This document shows, piece after piece, positions 54,702-64,000 of a stretch of 64,000 nt of DNA; the first letter of the stretch is position 1, and every line of letters starts with the position of its first letter. Source of the DNA: an uncultured delta proteobacterium (GTDB lineage Bacteria > Myxococcota > Myxococcia > Myxococcales > Myxococcaceae). The DNA lies in assembly GCA_963771175.1 (NCBI GenBank), contig CAVYSY010000028.1, positions 32,001 through 96,000 on the forward strand. Direction: 5' to 3'. Below the pieces are notes generated by a model. It did no database searches, had not been told where the DNA came from, and saw only the letters and a list, made by a program, of their open reading frames with translations. Position numbers and translations under genes: made by a program.

Positions 54702-54798
54702 TGGGGGCCTCACGCAGCACCAGGTGCTCGTGACCCGGGCCGGACAGGGGGCCCAGGCGACGTGTTGCCCGTTCATTCTCGGGCGCAGCATCCGGGAG
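54702..54798. repeat. Direct repeat, right copy (truncated 5' fragment of the glycolipid-binding gene)
   Basis: Encodes MLRPRMNGQHVAWAP, then loses frame and similarity. Confidence 0.9.
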
Positions 54799-54967
54799 CC
54801 CCGGCCCAGGGCAACCTGCACGCGCAGGCTCATGTGCCCACCGGGTTGCTCGCCGCGTCTGGAGTGGTCATAAGGTGCCCGGGAGTGAACCAACCGCTAA
54901 CGTAGCGCTGGACGAGGTGACCGGATGAGTGGTGTGCTGGCCGCGCGTCACTCCTTTGAACCTCCGA

Positions 54968-56173
54968 ATGAGAACGATCAGAACGAAGACCGCGATCAAG
55001 GTGCTGGCACAGTCGGACATTTCGCTTTTCAAGGCCCATCAGAGACTCTCCAACCAGAGGGCGCTCACTCTCAATAGTGAGGTCTTCATCGAGCGGTTCT
55101 ACCCGGGGCTCCGGGGCTCCTATGAGCCCGTGCTCTTTCCCTTGACGATCATCGGACCCGGGGCAAGGGGAGCTCACCAACTGACGCGCATGGCCATGCG
55201 CTCACCGGGAGCAAGGGACTGGCACATCAAGGGCGAGCCCATCCATGACCCGGCCGAAGAGCCGGGTCGCTACGACCAGATCGCGAAAAACGACTTCGCC
55301 CTCATGGCCTTCGGAGGCACCGAGCAACCGCAAGCCGTGACGATCATCCTCGTCTCGGCCGCCGAGGACGCCGAACTGCACGCCGCCATCGCAGCCCGCT
55401 TCGAGTTGCCCACACAGCACACCATGATAGAGGTCTCGGAGATAGCCATTGAGCATCTACGGGCCACCACCCTCGATGCCTATCCCGACAACGAGCACCC
55501 GCTCGACCTGCTCATCTCGGGCGATACGGTTGAAGATGTGCTTTTCGCCACCGGAACTCCCCGCCCTACCAACGCGCGGCCCCTCCGTCATCCGGTAGCG
55601 GTATCCCCCGAGAACCTTCTCCAACAACTTCTCGCTGCCCTGGAGACCACTCGAAGAGGCGAAGAGCTCTTCGGGGTCTGGCTCACCGCCACTGGCCACG
55701 AAGAAGACGACTTCAAGTGGGTTTCACAGACCCATGCGCGCTCAGCGTACGACTACGAGGTGTACGCAGCCAGGTGGCTCAACCCCGCAGTGCATGCCTA
55801 TGTCGAGGTGAAGACGACGTGCGGGCCCTTCAAGCGGCCAATACACATGAGTCTCACCGAACTGCGATTCGCGGCGGAGACGGAGAACTATCGTATCGCG
55901 CGCCTGTACAAGCTCGATGATGAGACGCCGAAACTCCGAATCCTCACCGGCGTCCAGGCCGTTGCCGTGCGGCTCATTGAGAAGCTCGGCGCTCTTCCAG
56001 ATGGAGTTGCAGCCGACAGCCTGCAAATCGATCCGGGTGTGTTCGAGGTCGAGCTGGAGACGAACCTCCCATCGCCAAAATCCCTTGGATCAGACGAGAC
56101 TCTCCTCGTCCCTGGGAGCCGCTCCGTCGAGTTCGCGTCGGATCTCGGGAGGAAGGGGCCGGTCCAATTCTAG
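54968..56173 (+). CDS. DUF3883/NOV-C PD-(D/E)xK nuclease with a putative N-terminal DNA-binding domain
   Basis: GEE, YDYEV, YVEVKTT, MS..E..FA, YRIARLY; lower GC3 than flanks. Confidence 0.72.
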   Translation: MRTIRTKTAIKVLAQSDISLFKAHQRLSNQRALTLNSEVFIERFYPGLRGSYEPVLFPLTIIGPGARGAHQLTRMAMRSPGARDWHIKGEPIHDPAEEPGRYDQIAKNDFALMAFGGTEQPQAVTIILVSAAEDAELHAAIAARFELPTQHTMIEVSEIAIEHLRATTLDAYPDNEHPLDLLISGDTVEDVLFATGTPRPTNARPLRHPVAVSPENLLQQLLAALETTRRGEELFGVWLTATGHEEDDFKWVSQTHARSAYDYEVYAARWLNPAVHAYVEVKTTCGPFKRPIHMSLTELRFAAETENYRIARLYKLDDETPKLRILTGVQAVAVRLIEKLGALPDGVAADSLQIDPGVFEVELETNLPSPKSLGSDETLLVPGSRSVEFASDLGRKGPVQF

Positions 56174-58861
56174 AGCGACGGTCATGGGAGCATCCCCATC
56201 GGCGCCAACGACCTTGACCTCACCCAGGTAGAGAGCGGGCTCGTGCGAGCGTCCCTGGACGAACAGGTGCAGCGTCGAGCCGCGCTCTTCATGTTCGAGC
56301 ACCCTCCGACCGACCTCGTTCGTCCGCGTCATCTTGTTCTGGCTGGTCCACGAGAAGCGCTGCTCCGAGATGAACCGATTGCGATAGCGATGCGTCTCCT
56401 TCGCCGTGCTCGTATCGAGCTTGGTAATGATGACGCCATGCTGCTCGAACCAGAGAATGCCCGCGTTGTGGCGCGCGGGGTCGTACTGCCTCCCAAAGTA
56501 ACGGACGATTTCCGGCCGGGTGTATTGCGCGTAGCGCGACAGATCCGCCGGCGTGCGGAGTACGCCGCCATGGCGCTCCTGGTGGTCCTTGTTCACGGTG
56601 TACAGCAGGCGGCCCTCCACCTGTGGCAGCAATTCCGGGCCGAGCGCCGCGATGATGGACCTCGCCAGCTGAGTCCCGGTGAGCACCTCCGACGGTACTT
56701 TCTTGCGAAGCGTCTCCCAGGTCCGAGACGTGTCGTCGAGCGGCGCGTGCTCGGCTTGCCATTGTGGGTACTTGCGGAAGAACTCCTCGTAACCGGACTG
56801 TGGGTCGTCAGGACGCGCGGCCAGTCCCCAGAGAATCGCGTAAGGGCCAACGCGTTGGGCCTGCCAGTCGGTCTCGGCTGCCGCGAGGAGGAGCTGGGCG
56901 GGATGCTCCTCCGGGAGCCCCTTCGCCCATGCGGGGAGATCCCCGTGGGCCTGCTGGCACTCCAGCCATGAGCCGTAAGCCGCGCGGAAGTCACTGAGCT
57001 CCGGCAACTCCTCCCGGTGCCAAAGGTCGACGGGAAGCGGTGGCCGACCCAGCTCGCCACGGAGCGTGAGGTAGGCTTCAGCACAGCGCTCCCGTCGGGT
57101 CGTATGCCGGCGAATCTTGGCGAGGAGCTCTCGTGTGCGTTTCTGGAGGACGACCTCGCAAGCCCGCGGCGGCTTCAGGGTGAATCCCTCGACGACGTCG
57201 AGGCGCGCCCCCGTCCCCTTCGGGTCATGCAGCGCCTTCAACGTGACCCACGCACTCCGGTGATGGCCCACGAAGTCGAGGACCGTCAGGACCTCCGTTC
57301 CCGGAAAGAGGCGCAGCCCTCGCCCGAGCTGCTGGAGGAACAGCGAGGCCGAGTCCGTCGGCCTCAGGAAGAGGAGCGAGTTGATGGCCGGGATGTCGAC
57401 ACCCTCGTTCAGGACGTCGGCGACGAACAGCCACTCGAGTGGATCCCTTACGTCCGCCAGCCGGGCGTAGATGCGTTCGCGCTCCTGGATCGACAGATTC
57501 CCCGAGACGGCCACGGCGTCTTGATGCCGTCGCTTGAAGGCCTCGGCCATGAACTCCGCATGACGGATGCTGGCACAGAAGCCAACGGTCGCACGCTTCG
57601 GCCCATCGAAGCCGCGCATCAGTGCCTGTTCGAGCACCAACTCGGCGCGCGCATCGATTGAAAGCTCCCGCTCCAGGACGTCGATGGGAATCTTCCCGTT
57701 ACGCCAGGGAATCCGCGCGAAGTCGACCGTCTCGTCCGCGATGCCGAAGTAATGGAACGGAAGGAGCCAGCCACGATCGACCGCCTCGGGCAGACGCATC
57801 TCGTAGGCGATGTTCCAGTTGCACCACTCGAGCACGTCATGCCCATCCTGGCGCTCGGGGGTTGCCGTCATCCCGAGGAGGAATGCGTCCTCGACGAGCG
57901 CGCGGAGCGGCTGGTAGCCCGGAGCTTCCGCGTGGTGGAACTCATCGATGATGACGTAGTCCCAGCGACGGCTGAGCAGCGAGTCGTTACCGCGAAGGCT
58001 CTGGATGGTCGCGAAGATGATCTCCGCGTCCACGTCCTCCTGACCCCCACCGACGAGCCCGAGGCGACGGTCGCGGAGCACGCGGCCAAAAGCCCTGCGG
58101 GCCTGCGTCAGGTGTTCGAGACGATGCGAGACATACAGGACACGTCGCGCCCGACTCGCGGCGACATCGAATGCAGCCAGGAACGTCTTCCCCAGGCCGG
58201 TGGCGGCGATCACCGCGGCACGACGCTCCCCGCGTGCACGGAGCTCGGCCAGCTTCCGCAAGGCCTCGCGCTGCGCCGAATTGGGCTCGGGTGCCGGCTC
58301 CAACTGATCGGCGGCCACCAGGAAGGGCCTGGGCGCGCTCTCGGGTCGTCGGCGCAGGCGGTAGCCGTGAATCAGCTCGCGTGAGAGGGGCCGCACATCC
58401 GAGCGACTCCAGAGCGCCTCGAATTGCCGCTGGGTCTGCTCGATGCGAGCCCGCTCCAGGGAACGGATGTTCCACTCCAGGTTGGTGGCGAGCCCACCCT
58501 TGGTGAGGTTGGAGGAGCCCGCCCAGCATTCCGCGCCAGTGCTCCCGCGAAACCACCAGAACTTCGCGTGGAAGCCGGTCGGGCCTTCCTGGACCCGGCA
58601 TTCAACGCCTTTCATTCCCAGGAGCGCCTCCAGCGCCTCGGGCTGCGTCACGTCCTGGTAGGTGGACGTGAGAATCCTCACGCGGCCTCTCCTGGCGACC
58701 AGCTCTTGGAGGGGATCGACGAGGAGTTGCAACCCGCTGCACCGGGTGAAGGAGACGGCGAGCAGTGCCTCTTCCGCCCCCGCGAGGCCCCCGCGCACGG
58801 CATCGAGCATGCGGGGCTCGCCGGGGAGGTTCAGGATGGAGTGCTCTGGGTCCGCAAGCAT
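56090..58861 (-). CDS. PLD nuclease - SF2 helicase - DUF3427 protein (SauUSI-like type IV restriction enzyme)
   Basis: FHAK..GSSNLT..EWN PLD motifs; ATGLGKT, DEFHH, TATPER, EGVDIP, QQLGRGLR; C-terminal YTR.E...Y.NRF...FSW.SQ. Confidence 0.88.
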   Translation of the reverse strand: MLADPEHSILNLPGEPRMLDAVRGGLAGAEEALLAVSFTRCSGLQLLVDPLQELVARRGRVRILTSTYQDVTQPEALEALLGMKGVECRVQEGPTGFHAKFWWFRGSTGAECWAGSSNLTKGGLATNLEWNIRSLERARIEQTQRQFEALWSRSDVRPLSRELIHGYRLRRRPESAPRPFLVAADQLEPAPEPNSAQREALRKLAELRARGERRAAVIAATGLGKTFLAAFDVAASRARRVLYVSHRLEHLTQARRAFGRVLRDRRLGLVGGGQEDVDAEIIFATIQSLRGNDSLLSRRWDYVIIDEFHHAEAPGYQPLRALVEDAFLLGMTATPERQDGHDVLEWCNWNIAYEMRLPEAVDRGWLLPFHYFGIADETVDFARIPWRNGKIPIDVLERELSIDARAELVLEQALMRGFDGPKRATVGFCASIRHAEFMAEAFKRRHQDAVAVSGNLSIQERERIYARLADVRDPLEWLFVADVLNEGVDIPAINSLLFLRPTDSASLFLQQLGRGLRLFPGTEVLTVLDFVGHHRSAWVTLKALHDPKGTGARLDVVEGFTLKPPRACEVVLQKRTRELLAKIRRHTTRRERCAEAYLTLRGELGRPPLPVDLWHREELPELSDFRAAYGSWLECQQAHGDLPAWAKGLPEEHPAQLLLAAAETDWQAQRVGPYAILWGLAARPDDPQSGYEEFFRKYPQWQAEHAPLDDTSRTWETLRKKVPSEVLTGTQLARSIIAALGPELLPQVEGRLLYTVNKDHQERHGGVLRTPADLSRYAQYTRPEIVRYFGRQYDPARHNAGILWFEQHGVIITKLDTSTAKETHRYRNRFISEQRFSWTSQNKMTRTNEVGRRVLEHEERGSTLHLFVQGRSHEPALYLGEVKVVGADGDAPMTVALELDRPLPPEIRRELDGAAPRDEESLV

Positions 58862-59023
58862 TACGACCAGGTTAGCTTGCTCCGCCGAGATTCACTCAAG
58901 CCGATCTCCCAGTACTCCTACCAGGCAGAAGCCTCCCCAGGTGCTTGACGGGCGCACTCGCGCCTCCGTGTAGTTCCGGAACCATGGTTTCCGGCCCATG
59001 CGGCTCGCCGGGGGAGGAATGGC

Positions 59024-60714
59024 ATGTCCCGTCGTCCTGGTCCGTACTCGGAGCGCGCGCGGCGGCGTCCCTGGTTGGGCGCCTGGGCTCTCCTCGTGCT
59101 CTTCCTGTTCTCCGCGTGCGCCACGGGCGTGCCTCGCGGCGGCATGATGGCGGGCTACCGCTATCAGGGCGCTCGTGCCCCCACCGGCCCCCCGAGAGCG
59201 AGTGGCCGTCACGGCGGAGCCCGGCCTGGAAGGGGCCACCGTGTACGAGCTGGGCTTCCTGGAGCCCGAGCGCGGTGGCCACCCGGCCGGTGCCCATCCC
59301 TCCGGCCGAGTTCCAGCGGGCCGTGCAGCGGCTCTACCGGGAGGTGCGGCTCGGGGGGAAGACGCCCCGGGAGGCCGCCCGCGAGTTGCTGAGCCTCCTG
59401 CCGCGGCCACCAGGAGAAGAGGAGACGGTGGCGAGCAGGGGGGATTGGCGGATGGAGCTGTACTGGGGCCGGGCCTCCACCCTGGTGCCGGAGAAGCAGG
59501 ACGGCCCGGTGGCCCTCACGCCCGAGGCGGAGGAGACCCTGAGGGCGAAGTACCTCGGGTGGTGTGAGGGGCAGGGCGGCGGCGACTGCCTGGGCCTGTT
59601 GGACGACGGGCCCTACCTTCGCATGGACGACCGGCGGACACTGGCCCTGGCCCTGGCCTTCGGCAACGTGCTCGACGAGACGCGCCAAGCCCTGGCGCGC
59701 GAGCTGCTGGACGTGCGGGCGCTCGTCTCCATGGTCGTCTGGACGGTGGCCCTCTACTGCATGATGTGGCTGGTGCCCGAGCCGACGACCAAGGCCGTGG
59801 CCGCCGGCCTGACCCTCATCCTGGTGGGCTACCTGGGCCTCGAGACGGTGTACGGGCTGATGGACGGGTGGGCCCGCATGGACAACGCGGCCCATGAGGC
59901 CACCACCTTCGAGGAGCTGCGCGCGGCGGGCGAGGCCTTCGGCAAGGTGCTGGGCGAGGACTCGGCGCGGGCGATGATTCTGGCGGTGGCCACGCTCGCG
60001 GGCACACGCTGGGGCAGGTGGCCGCGCGGGTGAAGTCGCTTCCGGGCTACAGCCATGGCGGGGGCGCAGTGGGAGGCGCAGGGCGGGGCGGCACTGCTGG
60101 CGCCCGAAGTGGCGGCGGAGACGGCGCTGGTACAGGAGACGGCGCTGGCCCGGGCGGTGGCGGCGGCGGAGACGGTGGCCACCTCTCCGCAGGGCCCCCT
60201 GGCCGTGGTGATGTTCAAGAAGGGTCCGGGCGGTGGGGCGGGACAGGCTCCGGGAGGCCGCTCCGCCACCACCGTGCTGCGGCACCGGGGCGGCAACCAG
60301 CAGGTGGCGCTCAGCGACGGCCAGCGCTGGCACTTGTCGCGCGGCAAGTCGGTGGCGGACATCCCCGCCGAGGACGAGGTGGGGGACATGCTCCAGGAGG
60401 CCGTCACCCGTGCCGCGAAGGAATGGGGGCCGAACAAGCTTACCCGGACAAGGAGAAAGCCGCCATCAAAGAGGCCTGAAGCAAGGGCGAATACTGGCTG
60501 GCGCGGCTGTTGGAGCGCGAGGCCCGGGGGCGCTTCGTCCACGCCAGGGTCGAAGAGACAGTTCGAGGGGCGCCTCGAGTTCAACCACCAGGGGGTCGAC
60601 GTGATTGACCTCAAGACGGGCCGCAAGTACGAGATTCTCTCCGGAACGGAGTCGAATCTGGCACGGCACGGCCGCCGCATGGCGGGCGAGTTCTTCCGGA
60701 TGCTCACCTTCTGA
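59024..60714 (+). CDS. Lipoprotein polymorphic toxin (SitA-like) with uncharacterised C-terminal domain, frameshifted
   Basis: Lipobox FSAC, Y..WC....GDCL, PEPTTK, ATTFEELR.AGE.FGKV.G shared with the 48721 toxin; ends GVDV.D...KYEILSGT.SNLARHG. Confidence 0.75.
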
Positions 60715-60725
60715 AAGGGGCGGCC

Positions 60726-61360
60726 ATGGAGTGGCTCGGAGAACGTCATCTTCGAGGACAAGGAGATTGCAAACGAACGGCTGGAGCTGACGGACAAGAG
60801 CTCGCTCTACTTCCTCGGCCCCAACCTGACGCTGCGCAACTGCACCCTCGTCCTGAAGGTGTCCGCCAGACACCTGCACATCCTCGGAGCCCGCCTCATC
60901 GACTGTACCGTCGAGGTGAAGCAGGAACTGAAGAACCACCAGGACTGGATAAGAACCTCCCTCAAGGGCTGTCGGTTCAAGGGGCGGCTGTCGGGGTGCG
61001 ATTTCGGCCACTGGCCCGACTACGCGAGTGGCGAGGAATGGAAGCAGGGATCCATTGAGGACTGCGACTTCACGGAGGCGCGGCTGGATGGCTGCCGCTT
61101 CATGGGCTGTGACCCCCGCCCCCTGACGCTTTCCCAGGTGGCCCTGCTTCACCATCCTGGACCCAATCCAGAGAGCCCCCGAGCTACGCAGCGTCAAGTG
61201 GCCGGGCCTTTTCGGTGACGTCGTTATCGACAGGCTGCACAAGCAGCCACCGGGAACCAGCGCCCTGTCACTATTCGCCCCGGCCGAGGCGAAGCGGTTC
61301 GAAACCACCGAGGAAGAACTCCGGGCCGTCATCGAGAAGTTCGACTGCATCGTCTACTGA
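60726..61360 (+). CDS. Probable immunity protein with pentapeptide-like beta-helix repeats, frameshifted
   Basis: LTLRNCTL, GCRFKG...GCDFG, IEDCDFTEARLDGCRF, WPCFTILDP, ends FDCIVY*; 11 bp downstream of the toxin. Confidence 0.7.
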
Positions 61361-61395
61361 TGCAGACACTGACGGCCTCGGCTCGGCGCCCCGGT

Positions 61396-63255
61396 TCAAT
61401 CCGGGAAGCGGCGCCCGGGGGCCTGCACGTACACCGTCACGTAGGCGGCGCTCATGACGGCGGCGTCCCGGCCGCGATACACCACCTTGGACTCATCAAT
61501 TCCGGGCCCATCGGGCGGATCGGCCTCGAACGTCTTCTCTCCGAACTTCGTCATGTCGCGCCAACTGATGAGCGCCGCACAGAGGGGCGTTGGCACGCGG
61601 CCTCGCTCCGGGTAGAGCGCATCGAGGTAGATCCGGTCGAACTGGATGTAGACCCGATCCTCGAACACCTTCAGCTCACCCGCCACCCAGTGGATCTTCC
61701 CATCCGGCAGGTCCATCGAGCCCACCACGGGCCCGCTCCGGACGTTGATGTCGCCTACGCTTCCCTCGGCGCTGACGGGGATGCCCTCCACCTCGACCCG
61801 GGTGATGGGCCCCTTGTCGAACCCCAGCCGTGCGGCCGTCGCGAGAGCCTCGGGAGGGCAGCGCTCCAGGAAGCCGCCGACGTCGGGGCGCACGGGCGCG
61901 CTCGCGCAGCCCACGAGCTGGGATGAGGCGGCACAACACAGCGCGAGGAGTCCTCGCAGGGCTTTCGGTGTGGAGGAGAGCAAGGGGTGACGTCCTTTCT
62001 CGGAAGGCGCCAGCGAGGCCGGCGCGGTGGAAGCCGTGCCGAGGCACTCCACCTCCAGGGCGGACGCGCACACGGTGCGGGCGAGTCCCCACCCTAGCCC
62101 GAGCAGCACCAGCACGAGGACGAGCCCGGCGAGCGCCCTCCTCCACCCCTCGCGACGCCGCACCGCGCCCCTCTCCCCCTCGCCAGAGCCGGCCATTTCG
62201 GAGGCGGCCCGCGCCTCCTGTCCTGGCGGTGGAGGCGAAGGCTCCTCGGCGGGGGGCTCCCGGGGTGGCTCGGACTGTGGCCGGACCTCCTCCACCGGTG
62301 CGACGTCTTTCCCCCGCGCCGTGGGAAAGGCATACGGCGCCGTCCAGCCCTCCGTGCCCCCTTCCCGCTCCAGCATCCGCATCAACTCCTCGTGGACTGC
62401 CCGGGCGCTCGCGGGCCGCTGCCCCGGCTCCTTCGCCAGCAAGCGCATCACCAGCTCGTTCAGCCCCGCTGGTACGCGCGGGTCCAACTGGACGGGCTCC
62501 ACCGGCGGGAGGAACTCGATGGCGAGCAGCAGCTTCTCCGGGGGCAGGCGGGGGTTGAAGGGATGGCAGTCCGTGAGCGCCTCGTAGAGCAGGGCGCCGA
62601 ATGCGTAGAGGTCCACCGAGGGATGGGCGGGGAGGAGCACTCCCTTCTCCCAATCCCCGGCGCGCAGGAAGGCCGCGACCTCGGGGGCCATGTTGTGGAA
62701 CGTCATCGGGGGCAGCGCCTCGGTCAGCGTGTAGGCCCCAGGCAGGGACACCGAGCCGAAGTCGATGAGGAAGGGTTTGTCATCCCCCTCCCTCACCAGG
62801 ACGTTGTCTGCCTTGAGGTCACGGTGGCACACGCCCCGCTCGTGCAGCTCCGCCAGCACCAGCGCCAGCTCGCCCAGCATGCCCACCTGCCGACGCAACG
62901 GCGCGTGCGTCTTCCAGCGCCACGGGTTGAAGGTGGAGCCGGGGACGTACTCCGTGACGAAGAAGAAGTAGCCGCCCTCCAGGTCCGGCCAGCGGCCCAG
63001 CTCGCGGACGGCCAGCAGGTTGGGGTGGTGGAAGTGTCCCAGCGAGACCGCCTCCCGGAAGGTCCGCTCATCCACGCGGGCCTCGTCCCCGCCATCGCCT
63101 CGGGGTCGCGCCGCCATCTTCATGGTGTAGGGCCGCCCCTCGTGCTCCACCTGCAGGACGGTCGCGAAGCCCCCCGTGCCCAGGCGGCGCACCACCCGGT
63201 AGTGCCGCACGGTGTCTCCTGGCTGGAGCAGATCCGGGTGGAAGGACTTCGTCAT
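61396..63255 (-). CDS. Ser/Thr protein kinase, membrane-associated
   Basis: LGTGGFATV, HRDLKADN, IDFG, MAPE, DLYAFG; TM helix; ATG at 63255. Confidence 0.88.
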   Translation of the reverse strand: MTKSFHPDLLQPGDTVRHYRVVRRLGTGGFATVLQVEHEGRPYTMKMAARPRGDGGDEARVDERTFREAVSLGHFHHPNLLAVRELGRWPDLEGGYFFFVTEYVPGSTFNPWRWKTHAPLRRQVGMLGELALVLAELHERGVCHRDLKADNVLVREGDDKPFLIDFGSVSLPGAYTLTEALPPMTFHNMAPEVAAFLRAGDWEKGVLLPAHPSVDLYAFGALLYEALTDCHPFNPRLPPEKLLLAIEFLPPVEPVQLDPRVPAGLNELVMRLLAKEPGQRPASARAVHEELMRMLEREGGTEGWTAPYAFPTARGKDVAPVEEVRPQSEPPREPPAEEPSPPPPGQEARAASEMAGSGEGERGAVRRREGWRRALAGLVLVLVLLGLGWGLARTVCASALEVECLGTASTAPASLAPSEKGRHPLLSSTPKALRGLLALCCAASSQLVGCASAPVRPDVGGFLERCPPEALATAARLGFDKGPITRVEVEGIPVSAEGSVGDINVRSGPVVGSMDLPDGKIHWVAGELKVFEDRVYIQFDRIYLDALYPERGRVPTPLCAALISWRDMTKFGEKTFEADPPDGPGIDESKVVYRGRDAAVMSAAYVTVYVQAPGRRFPD

Positions 63256-64000
63256 GGGAGCAGCCTCGAGTCCTCGAAATGAAAGCTGCGGGGACCGTCC
63301 TCCTCCAGCGTCAAGGCCAGACACCCGGCTCCTTCCGGTACCCACGTGGAAAAGGTGTGGCGTTGCCAGTGCGGCCCGAGCGCGGCGGTGGTGATGCGCA
63401 CGGGAGCCGGGGTTTCCGCGCCCGCCCGAGTTCCCCCGCACCGGGTCTCCAGCCGGACCCGGGAGAGCCGCCAGGGTCGGGAGGTGCGCTGGCGGGTACC
63501 GATGTCCACGGTCACGAAGAGGCGCCGCTCCACCCGCAGCACGGAGTCGACCCGGGCCTGGATGTCGTCGGACTTCTTGAAGGCCCAGCTCTCCCCCGGC
63601 GTGACGAGCTCCATCCTCGGGCGGGTCCCAGGCTCGGGGCTCGCGAGGAGCAGCGGCGTCCCCTCGCTCGCCGTGGCGAGGGACACGCTCACCTGCGCGT
63701 CCACCTCGTCCCGCCGGGTGACGAGCGCCAGCGTCAGGGTGAGGGGCTCGCCCGCCTCCGTCCGCCCCGTCACCGGCAGCAGGAGGCGCTCGCCCTCCGC
63801 CAGGTCGTGCACCAGGACGACCACCAGGGAGTGGAGGCCCATGGGAGCCACCCCGACCCGCTCCCCCAGCTCGGGCGTCAGCAGCGCACGCGGCTCGAGC
63901 AGGCCCTCGAAGTCCACCAGCGTGGAGAAGCGCGCGGCCACGTACAGCACGGGCAGCGCCGCGCCCGGCTGTCCCGCGACGAGCACGGTCCCCTGCCTCG
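63252..64000 (-). CDS. DUF2381 family protein, 5'-truncated by the window edge
   Basis: LYVA....TL..F...L, ERLLL.V, EVDAQV.V, PW.L...RL, L.E.DG.R; ATGA coupling to the kinase. Confidence 0.65.
   Translation of the reverse strand, partial: RQGTVLVAGQPGAALPVLYVAARFSTLVDFEGLLEPRALLTPELGERVGVAPMGLHSLVVVLVHDLAEGERLLLPVTGRTEAGEPLTLTLALVTRRDEVDAQVSVSLATASEGTPLLLASPEPGTRPRMELVTPGESWAFKKSDDIQARVDSVLRVERRLFVTVDIGTRQRTSRPWRLSRVRLETRCGGTRAGAETPAPVRITTAALGPHWQRHTFSTWVPEGAGCLALTLEEDGPRSFHFEDSRLLP

Overview
High-GC myxobacterial chromosome segment (Archangium/Cystobacter/Stigmatella-like, inferred from DUSAM, TIGR02266-type PilZ, DUF2381 and AHH/Imm11 paralogous families and many Ser/Thr kinases). The left and middle parts hold housekeeping, signalling and surface genes: a Hint-domain tail, an STK-AAA-GAF-PAS-HisK hybrid, two convergent DEAD-box helicases, a stand-alone infC with a non-AUG start, methyltransferase/GT-C genes, an 8-repeat surface lipoprotein, thioesterases, RtcB and Fic. 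The most unusual feature is a ~790-bp tandem duplication (33.26-34.77 kb) of a complete transcription unit: sigma28-like promoter, 5' hairpin, 189-aa ORF and terminator. The C-terminus of that protein resembles type III secretion needle subunits (SctF/PrgI/MxiH), although no T3SS genes are nearby. The right part (48-61.4 kb) is a conflict island with three lipoprotein toxin/immunity pairs (one flanked by ~97-bp direct repeats), a SauUSI-like PLD-helicase-DUF3427 gene, and a convergent orphan DUF3883 nuclease. A ~65-bp palindromic REP-like element occurs four times. Several blocks carry dense 1-bp frameshifts, probably consensus errors. All family assignments come from motif recognition by eye; no searches were run.
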